64,000 bases of DNA. Source: Guillardia theta CCMP2712 (taxonomy: Eukaryota > Protista > Cryptophyta). The DNA lies in assembly GCF_000315625.1 (NCBI RefSeq), contig NW_005434657.1:116837-180836 (forward strand), written 5' to 3'. The position numbers and the translations under genes are program-made. The notes beneath the pieces are model-generated. The model did not search any database and was not told where the DNA came from. It saw only the letters and a program-made list of their open reading frames with translations. Shown in pieces: positions 39,609 to 51,719 of this stretch (positions are counted from its first letter, which is position 1; every line of letters begins with the position of its first letter).

Positions 39609-39946
39609 GGTTTTCGGAGGTCCACAAAAACCTTCAGACCAACAAGATTGTGATGCCCACATCTTCAATATTTTCTTATTATATTTTGAAATTTGATATA
39701 AATATTTCATATAGTCATATATTGGACAGAACTTCTCTGGATCATTCTATTACACCCTCATCCCCACCCATACTACTATAATGAAATGGGGGTAGGGCAT
39801 CGAATGGGTGGGATATGAATGACCAAGGGTGGGTACATGAACCCTTTGTGGAAGTCATATGAGGGGTACATAAGTCCACATGTAGGTGGTACTGATCATG
39901 AGGTCACCAGAAACGGGGTAGGGGTGCTTGTCGGGTCAGAGGCGAA

Positions 39947-42111
39947 ATGGTAGTCCGTCTACACTTATTTTCCTCCTCCTCCTCCTCCTCCTCCTCCTCC
40001 TCATTCTCTCCCAGGCACATAGCTCTCTTGGTCTTCATCATATCTTGCTCTCCTGCCTTGGGATGGCAGTCATCAGGAGTTGGCACCAGCATGCTCGCTG
40101 CGCTCAGGAGTTTGTCCTTGCGACGGATCCTTCGAGCCCCGTCGTCTTTCCCCCCCTCCTCCTACGTGATGATGGCAGGGTTGTCAACCGCCGGCGCAGT
40201 GGCAACCCACCAGGAGTCATGCGCTTCAGAGAGGTTGGATCCGCTGAGAGGCGGAGGGAGCGAGGACCTTGAGAAGAGGTTGGCAGAACTGGGACAAGGG
40301 CATCTGTTTGAGGGCCTTGGGGAGGAGCAGAAGGCGAAGTTGTTGGAGCAAGCAGCAGAGCTGGATGGTCAGCTGCCTGGAGGGCTGGAGGGATACGTCA
40401 CCAACGCCCGCAAGCTCCTCAAGGACTCGAAGGAGGGAGTGAACCCCTACGAGGGGTTTGCCCCCTCGGTGCCGCAGGGAGAGCACTTGAAGGTGGGCTC
40501 GGAAGACTTCGAGAGGATGGAGAAGTTGGGCAGGGAGGCTCTGTCTCAGACAGGCTTCGTGCTCGTTGCTGGAGGCCTTGGGGAGAGGCTGGGATACAAG
40601 GGCATCAAGGTTTCGCTCCCCCTGTACGATGCGCTGGAGTCGGAGTGCTTCTTGAAGTTGTACATCTCCCACATCCTCTACATCCAGGAGAAGTTCGGGA
40701 AGGGGAAGAAGATCCCCCTCGCCATCATGACAAGTGATGACACTCATGCCATGACCGAGAAGCTCCTCCAGGACAACAACTACTTCGGCATGGACAGCTC
40801 TCAGCTGACCATCATGAAGCAGAACAAGGTGCCTGCGATCAAGGACAGCGACGGCCATTTCGCCATCAAGGATGGAAAGATCGAGACAAAGCCGCACGGA
40901 CACGGGGATGTCCACACGCTGATGCATCAGACTGGAGTCGCCAAGTCGTGGAAGGACAGCGGAGTCAAGTACGTTGTGTTCTTCCAGGACACCAATGGCA
41001 TCATCTTCCGCTCTCTCCCTGCTGTTCTCGGAGTTTCTGTGTCGAACAAGTTTGCCGTCAACTCTGTCTGTGTCCCTCGTACGCCTGGAGAAGCTGTCGG
41101 CGGGATCTGCCGCCTGGAGCATAAGGACGGCAGGGCCTTCACTGTCAATGTGGAGTATAACCAGCTCGACCCCCTGCTCCGATCCACCGAGCAGTTTTCC
41201 AACGGGGATGTCGCGGATGCCAAGACAGGGTTCTCACCCTTCCCCGGCAACATCAACGTCCTCGTCATCGACATGGACAGCTATCACTCCACCCTATCCT
41301 CCTCGGGGGGGCGGGTGAACGAGTTTGTGAACCCCAAGTACGCAGACGCGTCGAAGCAAGCCTTCAAGAGCCCCACGAGGCTGGAGTGCATGATGCAAGA
41401 CTTCCCCCTCCTGCTCAGCACTGAATCCAAGGTTGGCTTCACCACCCTAGACCGATGGATCTGCTTCTCTCCGGTCAAGAACAACATCCAGGATGCCGCG
41501 GCCAAGTCAGAGAAGGGCCTCCCTCCAGAGAGTGCCGGCACGGCCGAGCGCGATGCCATGGCGCTCAACACCAGGATGCTGCAGATGGCGGGAGCCAAGA
41601 TCCCTGAGGTTGGACAGGCCGGAACATATGCAGGAATCAAACTCGACTTCAGTCCGATGGTGGTCCTCCTGCCTTCCTTCGGCACCTCCTTGTCCGACAT
41701 CAAGGACAGGATCAGCCCGGGCGCGAGCATTGAGATTACTAGCCGCAGCGCTCTTGTGGTCGAAGGAGAGGTCTTCTTCGAAGGGAAGCTCAAGCTCGAC
41801 GGGGCCCTCGAGCTCCGCGCCCAGCCCGGGTCATCCATCATCGTCAAGAACCTCGAGGGTGAGTGCCCAGCTGTCGAAATGCCCGTGGCCGCAAACTGAC
41901 TTCAAACTTTTCAGTCACCAACTCGGGCTGGGAGATCGTGGAAGTGAAGCAGGACGATCCTTCCGCAACCGTCACGCAAGCCATGAGGGGTTACAAGGTG
42001 AGAGGGAGTTTGACGCGCTGCTGAGCTGACCGAGTTCATGTCAAGGTGGTGAAACATGAGACCCGCAGTATCGTTGCGGACTCGGAAAAGAAAGTAGTCG
42101 ACGAAGCATGA
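39947..42111 (+). CDS. USP: UDP-sugar pyrophosphorylase with N-terminal targeting extension; two 3' introns
   Basis: FVLVAGGLGERLG, IMTSDDTH, KPHGHGDVH, FFQDTN, NVEYNQLDPLL, FPGNIN and RLECMMQD are USP-family motifs. Confidence 0.93.
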
Positions 42112-42189
42112 GAATGGGATCGCGTGTTCTCAGCGTTCATGAAATAACTCACACTACTTGTAACAAGATTCCCTCTGTGCCGCCCCTTC

Positions 42190-43562
42190 TCAAGTCGGTA
42201 GGATGTCGTCAGGGCTGATCAGCGATGGCTCCTCCATTCCATCTGCGGGGAGAAGTGTCAAGAACGAGAGCCGATGGAAGGGTATGAAAATTACAAAAGT
42301 GCGGAAGATCGATTGGGGACTATCGAGGTTGAAGAAAGGGGGAGAGACTCCGCCGGAGAAAAGCGGGGGGAGTTGATCGTAGTTGTTCAGGACGTCTTGG
42401 TGCGAGAAGAAACCATGGTGCTTCTCTGTCCAACCATCAGTCACGTGCCATCGTCGCTGACTAGGGCATCGTCATCGTACCGGTACAGTTGCAGGAGGCT
42501 CGAATCGTTCCACAGCGAAAGCAAAACTGACAACCACAGCTGCGAAAGAGCCATGAGTACAGGGGAAGCAACGTAGGAGCAGGTGAGAAGAGTCACCGGC
42601 AGGTCATCTTGTCGCAGCCATCAAACCCTGTCAACGTCAAAGGGTCACACGACGAATGTCACTCACTTCGCAATACCTGTTGACGCTGCTTTCTCTATCC
42701 ATGACCCACACTGGGGGCACTGCCTCATCCCGGAATTGTACATGGCGTCGTATTCCTCCTGCGTCCCCGTCCACTTGGCTCCTCCCCGATGCGCCTCCTT
42801 GTACTTGATGACGAGCTGGTTGTAGCGCAGCAAGTCTTGCTCTCCAAGACTTGCTCCAATGATCTTCGACCGGATTCTCTGTCCACAGGTTGTGGTCGGA
42901 CAGACCACAGGGAGCCGTCCATCGCCTGCTGAGGTGAGGATGTGCTGGGCAAGACACTCGCTGTGATAGAAGGTGGAGCAGCAGCTCAAGTGGACCACAG
43001 GAAGGGGGTCGTTGAACGACTCGATCAGCGGCCGATACTTCAGCAGACTGCTCATGTCGTCAAGGCAGATCGGACAGCTCCCTTGTGCGGAGATGTGAAC
43101 CCCGTGGGCCCGTTCGAACTCATCCTTCCTCCTCAACCTCATCTCATACTTCTCTGCAACAATTGCCTGTGCCAGCTTCCTTAGGTCATCCATCTCATTG
43201 ATTCCTTTGATGATCCCGCCATGTTTGTGGATAAAAGTCTTGAGGTCCGCGGCTCTCACAAATCCCGAAACCAACTGCAATGACATGCTTTCCACGCTGT
43301 CTTCTTCCTTGGGCCTTTTCAAGTCCTTCGAGCAGGCTGCATGATCGGTGTGATCATACTCCCTCGATCGCTTGCACGGGTCGTCCACAGATTGTTTCCG
43401 AGTTCCACACCCGCTCTTCAGTTCTTCTTCGATGATGCAGTTGATGAAGTCAGACCGTTCGATACAAGTCTTCGAGAGCTGTTCCCTGACCATCCCCCTC
43501 AGAGCCTTCACCGGCAGCTCTTCTAATTCTTTCTTCCTGGCCTCACGCCAAGAGTCCCCCAT
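42190..43562 (-). CDS. RBR-like E3 ubiquitin ligase (two SAP/HeH-like motifs, RING1, Rcat)
   Basis: CPICLDD...CC...HSECL...CPTTTC; spliced CPQCGSWIEK...GCDKMTCRCGCQFCFRC. Confidence 0.82.
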
Positions 43563-44579
43563 GACTGCCGACTTTCAAGGAGCTTTCCTTGTAAGGCTAC
43601 GCGATCATTCCTGGATTCAAACTTCCTGTCGATGCTACAAAGAGAAATCAAGTGAGTACAAAGCTGGCAGGATTACAAGGGCGTCAACTATCAGAGGAGA
43701 TATTAAGGTTGTAAAATCGTCCCATAACTTCGTGATCAATGTTTCCTCTTCGTATTGCTTTCGCCCAATCCAGAGAACAAAGGTGGTAAAAGAAAGAAGG
43801 CGTACTCTTCCCATAAGAAATCAAACATCTGCCCTCTTCTCCTGCTCCTGAATCAGGAGTTATCCATCTCTTGTCAACTTGACTCAAAATCTCATTTGCT
43901 CCATCCCTCGTCCGTCTATCTATCTGTGCCTTCGCCTTCTTGTCTGCTTCATTCTTACATCCTCCAGAACAATTGATGATGCACAAAACTTCATGTATTC
44001 TTCTACTGTCATGTTGATACCTTGTTCTCTTCTCATTCTACATCTTCTTCTATCCACTATCTCCTATCTCTTCTTTCTCTCATGTGTTTTACCTGTGTTT
44101 CTTTCTCTTCCATCGCGTACGGGGAAGGGAAAAGAAGAGGCCAACAAACTGTCCAGAACAGATCTGAAATGTTCGCAATAAATTTATTTTAATCACGTGG
44201 TACCAATTCCAAGAAAATGTTACAAATACCCAGTATTTTAGAGTTATAATAGTTACATATCCTGGTAAATTGAGGCTATTGATTATTACCATGTCGTACA
44301 AAATGCTGGAAAATTTGTACTTTATATGTAGGAAGCACAATTTTAAAAATGTGGCAAGTTTGTACGATGGCATATTGTATCTGAAATTTCAACGCCTCTT
44401 CAAGAAATCGACAGATTTGTTTTCAAGTTTTGATAAAACTTTTCTATTGTTTGAACTCAAATTTATGATTGCTAAGAATCCGTACGCCGGCCCGGGTCGG
44501 GCCCGGCAGGTCCGCGCGGCCCCGGCAGTTTGAGTGACTTTTTTATTCAAAGTCCTGAGTGCTGGATGAGGGGAAACTT

Positions 44580-45025
44580 TCTTGTCCCCACCTACCCCAT
44601 CATCAATTGTCCATACAACCCTCTCATCACATTTATCAAATATATCACCCCTATTTATCAAATGCTTTCCCCCTCCAAATAACCCGTACATAGTTACCCC
44701 TACCCCCCTATTTAACCACCCACGGCAACTATCACCTGGAATCACCCCGACCCCCATCAGACGAAAATAGAAAAAATCTCGGAAATAGTGTAGGCTGCTT
44801 ACGAATGGGGGGTGGTGCACCAATGGGGTAGGGTACCACGTGGTTTCGGGAAACAGGGTGGGGTAGATATTTGAGTAGGGTTATCGTATATACCCCTAGT
44901 ACCAAAGATCCATATGACATTGTGGAAATTAATAAGCAACAGTAGGGGTACCATTCAAAGGTACCCTACCATCGTGACAGTACCGGCTATAGAGAACTTT
45001 TTGGTGTCCTAAGGTAGGGTACTGA
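44580..45025. promoter_or_regulatory. GGGGTA/TACCCC-rich upstream region
   Basis: About ten GGGTA or TACCC words upstream of the gene starting near 45298. Confidence 0.4.
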
Positions 45026-45297
45026 TGCACAAAGGAGGGGTGGTCGGAGGATGTGAGGAGGGGATGAGGGGGGAAAGATCGGAGAGATGGCGAAGCCGTG
45101 GAAAGGGAATGGCAGGGAGAGGGTGGAAGATGCAGACGGGGAGGGGGAGAGGAGGAAGTGGGGAGTGGTGCGAATGGGAGGAGCAGAATGAGCAGTGGAC
45201 GGCCGCAGTGCAAGGAACAAGACTGGACTGCAAGTTGTTCGTGAGGAAAGAGACTGAGGGCGAGACTAATACGAGTACGTAGAAGAGGAGAGGAGAA

Positions 45298-46134
45298 ATG
45301 GAGGATTATCAGGCGAGCTGACCATAGAGATACGAAGTTAGCGACATCTTAGGGAATTTCGATGGGCTGACTTGAATACCACTTCGGTCTCATCAAGTCA
45401 GACAGAGTCAGATGCATGTGCCATTGGGTTGTTTGTAGCAACGAATCCACGAAGAAAGAGCAGAAGAGCAGCATGAATAGAAAGCTTCAAGTGCGAAATG
45501 ATTATGACGTGAATTGTGTCTTGCAGAAGACGAAAGCGTTGGTATGAGATCAGCAACGAGAGTGCCTGGCGTAGGGGCAGCAAATGGCACAACGCTGTGT
45601 ATCTGAACAGGCAGGCGAGAGGCAAGGATGTGTGAGAAGACGAGCGGCATCAGCGTCGAGATGCTCACCAGCGATTCCAGCGCGAGTGTGACAGCGTGGA
45701 ATACGCTGAATGCAAAGATCCCTGTAAAGCTGGAAGATGTCACCTCTGCGACAAGGAGCAGCCATGGTCAGGAGAGAATGCGTCCTGTGACGCCTCCGTA
45801 CGCCATGAGCAGAGAGTTCGATGATGGGGAGGAGATGGACTGGAAGGCGCTGTACCTGCGAGAGGCAGAGAAGAATAAGCAGCTGCTGCAGTGGATCATC
45901 CAGCTACAGTCCACCTTGAACCACGGCTTGCAGATGATTGAGCCTTCGAAGAACAAGAACAACAACCCTGAGGTTCAGAGCAACAAGTGCCCCAAGATCG
46001 CCGGCATCGCGTCCCTTCTCGATGGCAGCTCTGACTTCCGTGACGGTGAGTCCGCTGCTTGCTCCCTGGACGTGGAGGGTGACTTGGCTGCCCTCAGTCC
46101 AGAGGCCAGCAACGAGGGACGCGGAGGAAGGTGA
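45298..46134 (+). CDS. Hypothetical protein with a short coiled coil, possibly a transcription regulator
   Basis: Last exon 45628-46134 has WKALYLREAEKNKQLLQWIIQLQSTL and GIASLLD; upstream mini-exons not resolved. Confidence 0.45.
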
Positions 46135-46360
46135 GGGGTCGAAGGACGAGAACGGGCTGCGGTCCAGCTCTGCGCCTTCACCCGGGCAAGGAGAGGGCAC
46201 GCGAGGGATGATGGTATCAGATGGTCAGAGGGAGGGAGGAAGGGAATCAAGTCAGGGAAGCGAAGGGGGCAGGGAGCAGAAGAACTCGGAAGCGAGGAGT
46301 GAGTTGGGATGACGTGGCTAGAGGGAGGGGATGACGTGGGCTGCAGCATCGGGAGACTCG

Positions 46361-48404
46361 TCAGATCGAGATACAAGCTCTGAACACAACTACGGAACTC
46401 ATGCAGAGATGACCGGGGGCAAGGAGAATTCCAGCTGCACAGTGAGTGGCCACTGTCTGCTTTCCTTCCCCTCGAGCTGACCTTGCACTNNNNNNNNNNN
46501 NNNNNNNNNNNNNNNNNNNNNNNNNNNNNNNNNNNNNNNNNNNNNNNNNNNNNNNNNNNNNNNNNNNNNNNNNNNNNNNNNNNNNNNNNNNNNNNNNNNN
46601 NNNNNNNNNNNNNNNNNNNNNNNNNNNNNNNNNNNNNNNNNNNNNNNNNNNNNNNNNNNNNNNNNNNNNNNNNNNNNNNNNNNNNNNNNNNNNNNNNNNN
46701 NNNNNNNNNNNNNNNNNNNNNNNNNNNNNNNNNNNNNNNNNNNNNNNNNNNNNNNNNNNNNNNNNNNNNNNNNNNNNNNNNNNNNNNNNNNNNNNNNNNN
46801 NNNNNNNNNNNNNNNNNNNNNNNNNNNNNNNNNNNNNNNNNNNNNNNNNNNNNNNNNNNNNNNNNNNNNNNNNNNNNNNNNNNNNNNNNNNNNNNNNNNN
46901 NNNNNNNNNNNNNNNNNNNNNNNNNNNNNNNNNNNNNNNNNNNNNNNNNNNNNNNNNNNNNNNNNNNNNNNNNNNNNNNNNNNNNNNNNNNNNNNNNNNN
47001 NNNNNNNNNNNNNNNNNNNNNNNNNNNNNNNNNNNNNNNNNNNNNNNNNNNNNNNNNNNNNNNNNNNNNNNNNNNNNNNNNNNNNNNNNNNNNNNNNNNN
47101 NNNNNNNNNNNNNNNNNNNNNNNNNNNNNNNNNNNNNNNNNNNNNNNNNNNNNNNNNNNNNNNNNNNNNNNNNNNNNNNNNNNNNNNNNNNNNNNNNNNN
47201 NNNNNNNNNNNNNNNNNNNNNNNNNNNNNNNNNNNNNNNNNNNNNNNNNNNNNNNNNNNNNNNNNNNNNNNNNNNNNNNNNNNNNNNNNNNNNNNNNNNN
47301 NNNNNNNNNNNNNNNNNNNNNNNNNNNNNNNNNNNNNNNNNNNNNNNNNNNNNNNNNNNNNNNNNNNNNNNNNNNNNNNNNNNNNNNNNNNNNNNNNNNN
47401 NNNNNNNAAAAGAGAAAATGTCGAAGCCGGTGTGCATTGATATGGAGAGGAAAGGACGGGAGGTGGGAGTGGGGCAGGCTGAAGGAGGAGGAGGAGGAGG
47501 AGGAGGAGGAGGAGGAGGAGGAGGCTCCACCTGTTGACTTCCAGGCCGGAGTTCATGTCCCAGAAGCGGACGGATGCGTCCTTGCTGCCGGAGATGACGA
47601 GGTTTCCCTGGGAGCTGTAGGCCAGGCAGGTGACGCTGCCCTCGTGCCCGCGGAAGGAGCGGACGGGCTGGGTCCTGTCAACTGTCCACAAGCGAACCTG
47701 CGTGAGAAGGATGAGGATCAAGATGAGAAGGTGAGCAATGAGATGAACGGGTGGGGGTGGGGGAGGTGGAGGTGGAGGAGGAGGAGTGTGCTAGAACGAG
47801 GCGGAGGAAGGGCGAGAGGAGTGATTGGAATAGAGGAAATTGCAAGGAGTGAGAGGAGGGATGGAGGAGGGCGAGACTGACATAGTGGTCGTATCCGCCC
47901 GAAACAACGATTCTCGGCTCCTCCGGATGGCAGGCGACAGCGTAGACGTCTCCCTTGTGCGAGACGAGGGTCTCGGAGGGATCGCAATCATAACTGCAAG
48001 CAGATGAGAGGACAGCGACACAGGAAAGGGGAGGAAGAGGAGGGAGAGGAGGGAGGGGAGGGAGAGGAAGGAGAGGAAAGGGAAGAGGATGAGGAGACAG
48101 GAGGGCACAAGAGGAAGGGAAAGGAGGGAGAGGTGGGGGCAGGAGGAGAGGAAAGGGAGGGGGGGGGGGGGGTCGAGTGCGCTCTTGACCTTCTCCCTTG
48201 ATGCCATGTCCTCATCTCCGAAGGTCGTCGGGTTGTTGAAGAGTTCCCAGCACTGAGCAGCTCAAGTTTCTGCTCGACATTCCAGACCTTGACCGTCGAG
48301 TCGCCTGCGATTCGTCGCCGTCAGACGCTCGCACAAGAGCAAAGTGAATGAGTCAAGCATGTTGTGAAGACATGTGACGAGGGTGGTGGTGGTGATGATG
48401 ATGA

Positions 48405-48435
<31 letters not shown>

Positions 48436-50023
48436 AATGATGATATTAATGAAGATGAAGATGAAGATGAAGATGATGCAGAGAAGGAGGAGGAGAATGA
48501 TTGAGTGTAATCTTTGCTCTCACCCGATGCGCTGCAGATGATGTTTCCGCTAGATGCGATGGAGATGTCCCAGATGCGAGAAGTGTGTCCGCGGAGGAGG
48601 AGGGAAGTTGAAACTCCTCCATGAGGCTCCGCAATGTTCCAAACCCTGACAATGCGAGTCAGTCGGGGATTGAGATCTTGGGGGGGGGGGAGAACGTGGA
48701 GAGAGGAAGGAAGTTGAGGAGAGGGGAGAGGAAGTCATTGAAAGGGAAACCTCGCAGTAAAGAGACATGAAGTAGAGGAGAGGAGAGGAGAGGAGAGGAG
48801 AGGAGAGGAGAGGAGGAGGAGAAGAGAATCTGTGTTTGAGGCACCTCAAAGTCTGATCGCTTGACCCTGAGACAAGATAATTCCTGTCAGCTCCCATGAA
48901 GGCGACACACTTGACGTTGGACGTGTGGCCCTTGTACTCGTGCTTGACTGCATTAGGCAGGACGAAACACTCGTAGTCGCGGAGGAGGGTCGTGATGGGG
49001 GGTCGAATCTGCGGGAGGGAGGACGGGAGGCGGTGTGCCAGTCAAGAGACAGGCAGGTGAGGGCAGACATATCAAGATCTTTCACCTTGGGCTGATAATG
49101 CGACGTGCTGATCTGAAACTCGACAGCCTGCTCTAGCAGTTTCCGCATGCGGCCATGCGGCACCTGAAAGCAATGTGAGGAGGAAGAGGAGGTCAACGCG
49201 GAGGAGGAAGAAAGGGAAAGAGATTCAGGAGTGGGAGTGAAGCGAACAAGTGAAACGGGGGGAGTAGGAGGAACCAGACAAGAAGGAACAAGAAAAGGAG
49301 GAGGAGGAGTAAAACGAGAAGTAAGATGGCAGGCTCAAAAACCTCTGCAATTAGATCCGACCCAGTGTCTGTTCCCTCGGAGTCGGCGAGCAGCGAGTTG
49401 AACATGGAGGCAAGCCTCATCCTAGCCGCCGCGATCCCCTCCCAGTCCTTGTCCACGTCTGCGATTGACTTGCAGGTCAGCAGGTAGCACAGGTCCTTGA
49501 ACTCCTCCGGGTTGGCCCGCTGCTTCTCAAACGGCTTCAGCTTCTTCGTCAGGTACGTGAAAGCCTTCTGGTACTCCTGGCGGTCGACCAGTTCCAGGTA
49601 CTGCTGCTTGTAGACGCAGTACAGAAAGTTCTTCATGCTCTTGATGCTGCTCTTGTTGCAGAACTTCTCCACCTCCGCCCACTCCCCCTCAATGATGGCC
49701 TTCTTCACCTTCTTGCTCCAAGTGCGCCACTCCTGCTCTGCCCTCTTACCCTCTGCCCTCCGCATGTTCGCTTCATCCATCAGCATCATGGAAGACGTCG
49801 AGTATCCTTCTCCCTGCAGGTACGCAGCAATCATGCGGAGAACCTCGTCCTTGATCGACGGGTTCTCCCAATCTATCACCGCCCTCCCGCAGCTCGACTC
49901 TACCGAACTGACGGCCCCCCCGACGTAAGTGGCGTTGGCAGCCTGCTCCCGGATGAAATTCACAGCGTCCATGACCTCACGAGTGCCCTCGGACCTTGTC
50001 GCCTCCTCCCCTGCCGACGACAT
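46361..50023 (-). CDS. LisH-CTLH-WD40 protein (WDR26/GID7-like), interrupted by a 918-N gap
   Basis: LisH EVLRMIAAYLQGEGYSTSSMMLMDEA; CTLH KKAIIEGEWAEV...YKQQYLEL; VPHGRMRKLLEQA; WD repeats GHTSNVKCVAF...SGSSDQT and GHEGSVTCLAYS...SGSKDASVRFWD. Confidence 0.85.
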
Positions 50024-50094
50024 CTTCTTGCAGAAACTATTCCCCACTCAACCCAACCTCCTCCTATGAGACCGCTTGCTCTCTCGCAGACATG

Positions 50095-50607
50095 TCATCT
50101 GGAAGGCACTCCGTGTCCCTTTCCCCGGCCTGTCAGCGCTGTCCTTCCCTCCTTGACGAGTCCTTCCCTCCTTGATGAGTCCTTCCCTCCTCCTCGCTCT
50201 CTCCTCGGCTCCCAGTCCTTGCCTCCTCCTCGCTCTCTCCTCGGCTCCCAGTCCTTCCCTCCTCCTCGCTCTCTCCTCTGCTTGCCCTTGGGCTTCACTG
50301 CCGCCTCTTCATCCTCCTCCCTCCACCATGCTGCCTTCTCCTGCGACTTCTCCGCCCCGCATGAGCGATGAGGGGGATGAGGGGGGGGGGGGGGTCTCAA
50401 ATGCTCCATCGCTGGGGAATGAAACTTCCACCACAAGACAACACTGAAGATCGCCAGAGACAATCCAAACCATGCTGATACCGTTGAAGAATAAAACTTG
50501 ACAAAAGTCGTGATGCCAACGTTGATGACAAAGAATGGGATGGAGACCGCGAACAGGTTCAGGACCTGGATGTAGCGTTTCTCATGCCGCACCTGCAGCA
50601 AGGATCA
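50095..50607 (-). CDS. Orai (CRAC channel)-like protein, last two TM helices and tail; 5' part lies in the gap
   Basis: LFAVSIPFFVINVGITTFVKF-short loop-SAWFGLSLAIFSVVLWW resembles TM3 (..WVKF) and TM4 of Orai-family proteins. Confidence 0.5.
50166..50278 (-). repeat. 36-nt coding tandem repeat (RRERGGGKDWEP), about 3 copies
   Basis: AGTCCTT(C/G)CCTCCTCCTCGCTCTCTCCTCGGCTCCC repeated. Confidence 0.85.
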
Positions 50608-50871
50608 NNNNNNNNNNNNNNNNNNNNNNNNNNNNNNNNNNNNNNNNNNNNNNNNNNNNNNNNNNNNNNNNNNNNNNNNNNNNNNNNNNNNNNNNNNNNN
50701 NNNNNNNTCCCGGCAGTGAGTGCGACCGCCGGCCGGGCCGGCCGCTGGCGGGTCGAGGGCCCGGACCACTCCAAAGGCCGGGATGGTATGGACTCAATGA
50801 CTAAGTTTACTGCATCAGATGACTCGCCGAAGTTCGATGACTGATCAGTCTGCTAGCGTCTTCCGCGTCTC

Positions 50872-51635
50872 TCATGCTTGCTGCTTCTTTAGCGCAAGCG
50901 CGATCGCCTGCTCCGACAGCTCCCACAGCCTCCTCGCCTTCTGTGCGTCCTTGGCCTCGGCACTGACCTCCACCTCCTCGAAGGTATGCTTGCCCGGCTT
51001 CGAGTTCGACCAGAACACTCCTCGCTTGCCCTCCAGGGCATCCGACACTGCCATGGTCACCAGGCAGTCTCCCCCGAAGGAGACTGTCTCTGCTACCCTG
51101 ACCACGTTGTTGGCGATGAAGTCGAAGGCCGAGAGGAAGAAGCCTCCCTGGTCGCGGAAGAGCCCCGTCCTTGTGATGAGGCCGGGGGAGAAGCAGTTGC
51201 AAGTCACTTTGCTCCCCTTGTCCTCCAGCCGTCGCTGTAGCTCGCGCGTGAACAGCACGTTGCACAACTTGGAGTCCTTGTAAGCCTGCTCGCACAGTCA
51301 CCTTCCTCCTTCCTCGTCCTTCTCCTCCTGGTCCTCTTCCTCCTCTTCCTCCTCGACCTCCTCTTCCTCCTCGACCACTCCTCCACATCTTTTTATCTTC
51401 CCTGTCTTCACTATCATTCTGCTCCTAATTCTTCATGCTCTGCTCTTCTTCCTTACCTTGTCAGCGTCCCACCCTCCTCCGTCCACCATCTCCCAATCGA
51501 TGCCGGCGGCCAGTCCTTGCATGTCCCCGAGAGTCGCTTTCGACCCCACGTTTCCTGGAGGCACGCGCGAAGTATGTGAGTACAATGGCGGGAGAGAAGA
51601 AACAGACATGGAGGAGGAGGAGGAGCAGGAGCACG

Positions 51636-51677
<42 letters not shown>

Positions 51678-51686
51678 AGACGCAGT

Positions 51687-51719
<33 letters not shown>

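Noticed and set aside
40226-41122. Long antisense ORFs over USP (also 30064-30903 over the channel and 58931-59674 over the Crinkler-like gene)
   Set aside because: Same shadow effect of biased or repetitive sense-strand coding
43684-43986. 100-aa minus-strand ORF upstream of the RBR-like gene
   Set aside because: No motif, no clear ATG or splice context; cannot be supported as a gene
46361-47880. 360-465-aa ORFs across the long N run
   Set aside because: Artefacts of translating Ns; only the WD40 exon at ~47530-47700 is supported
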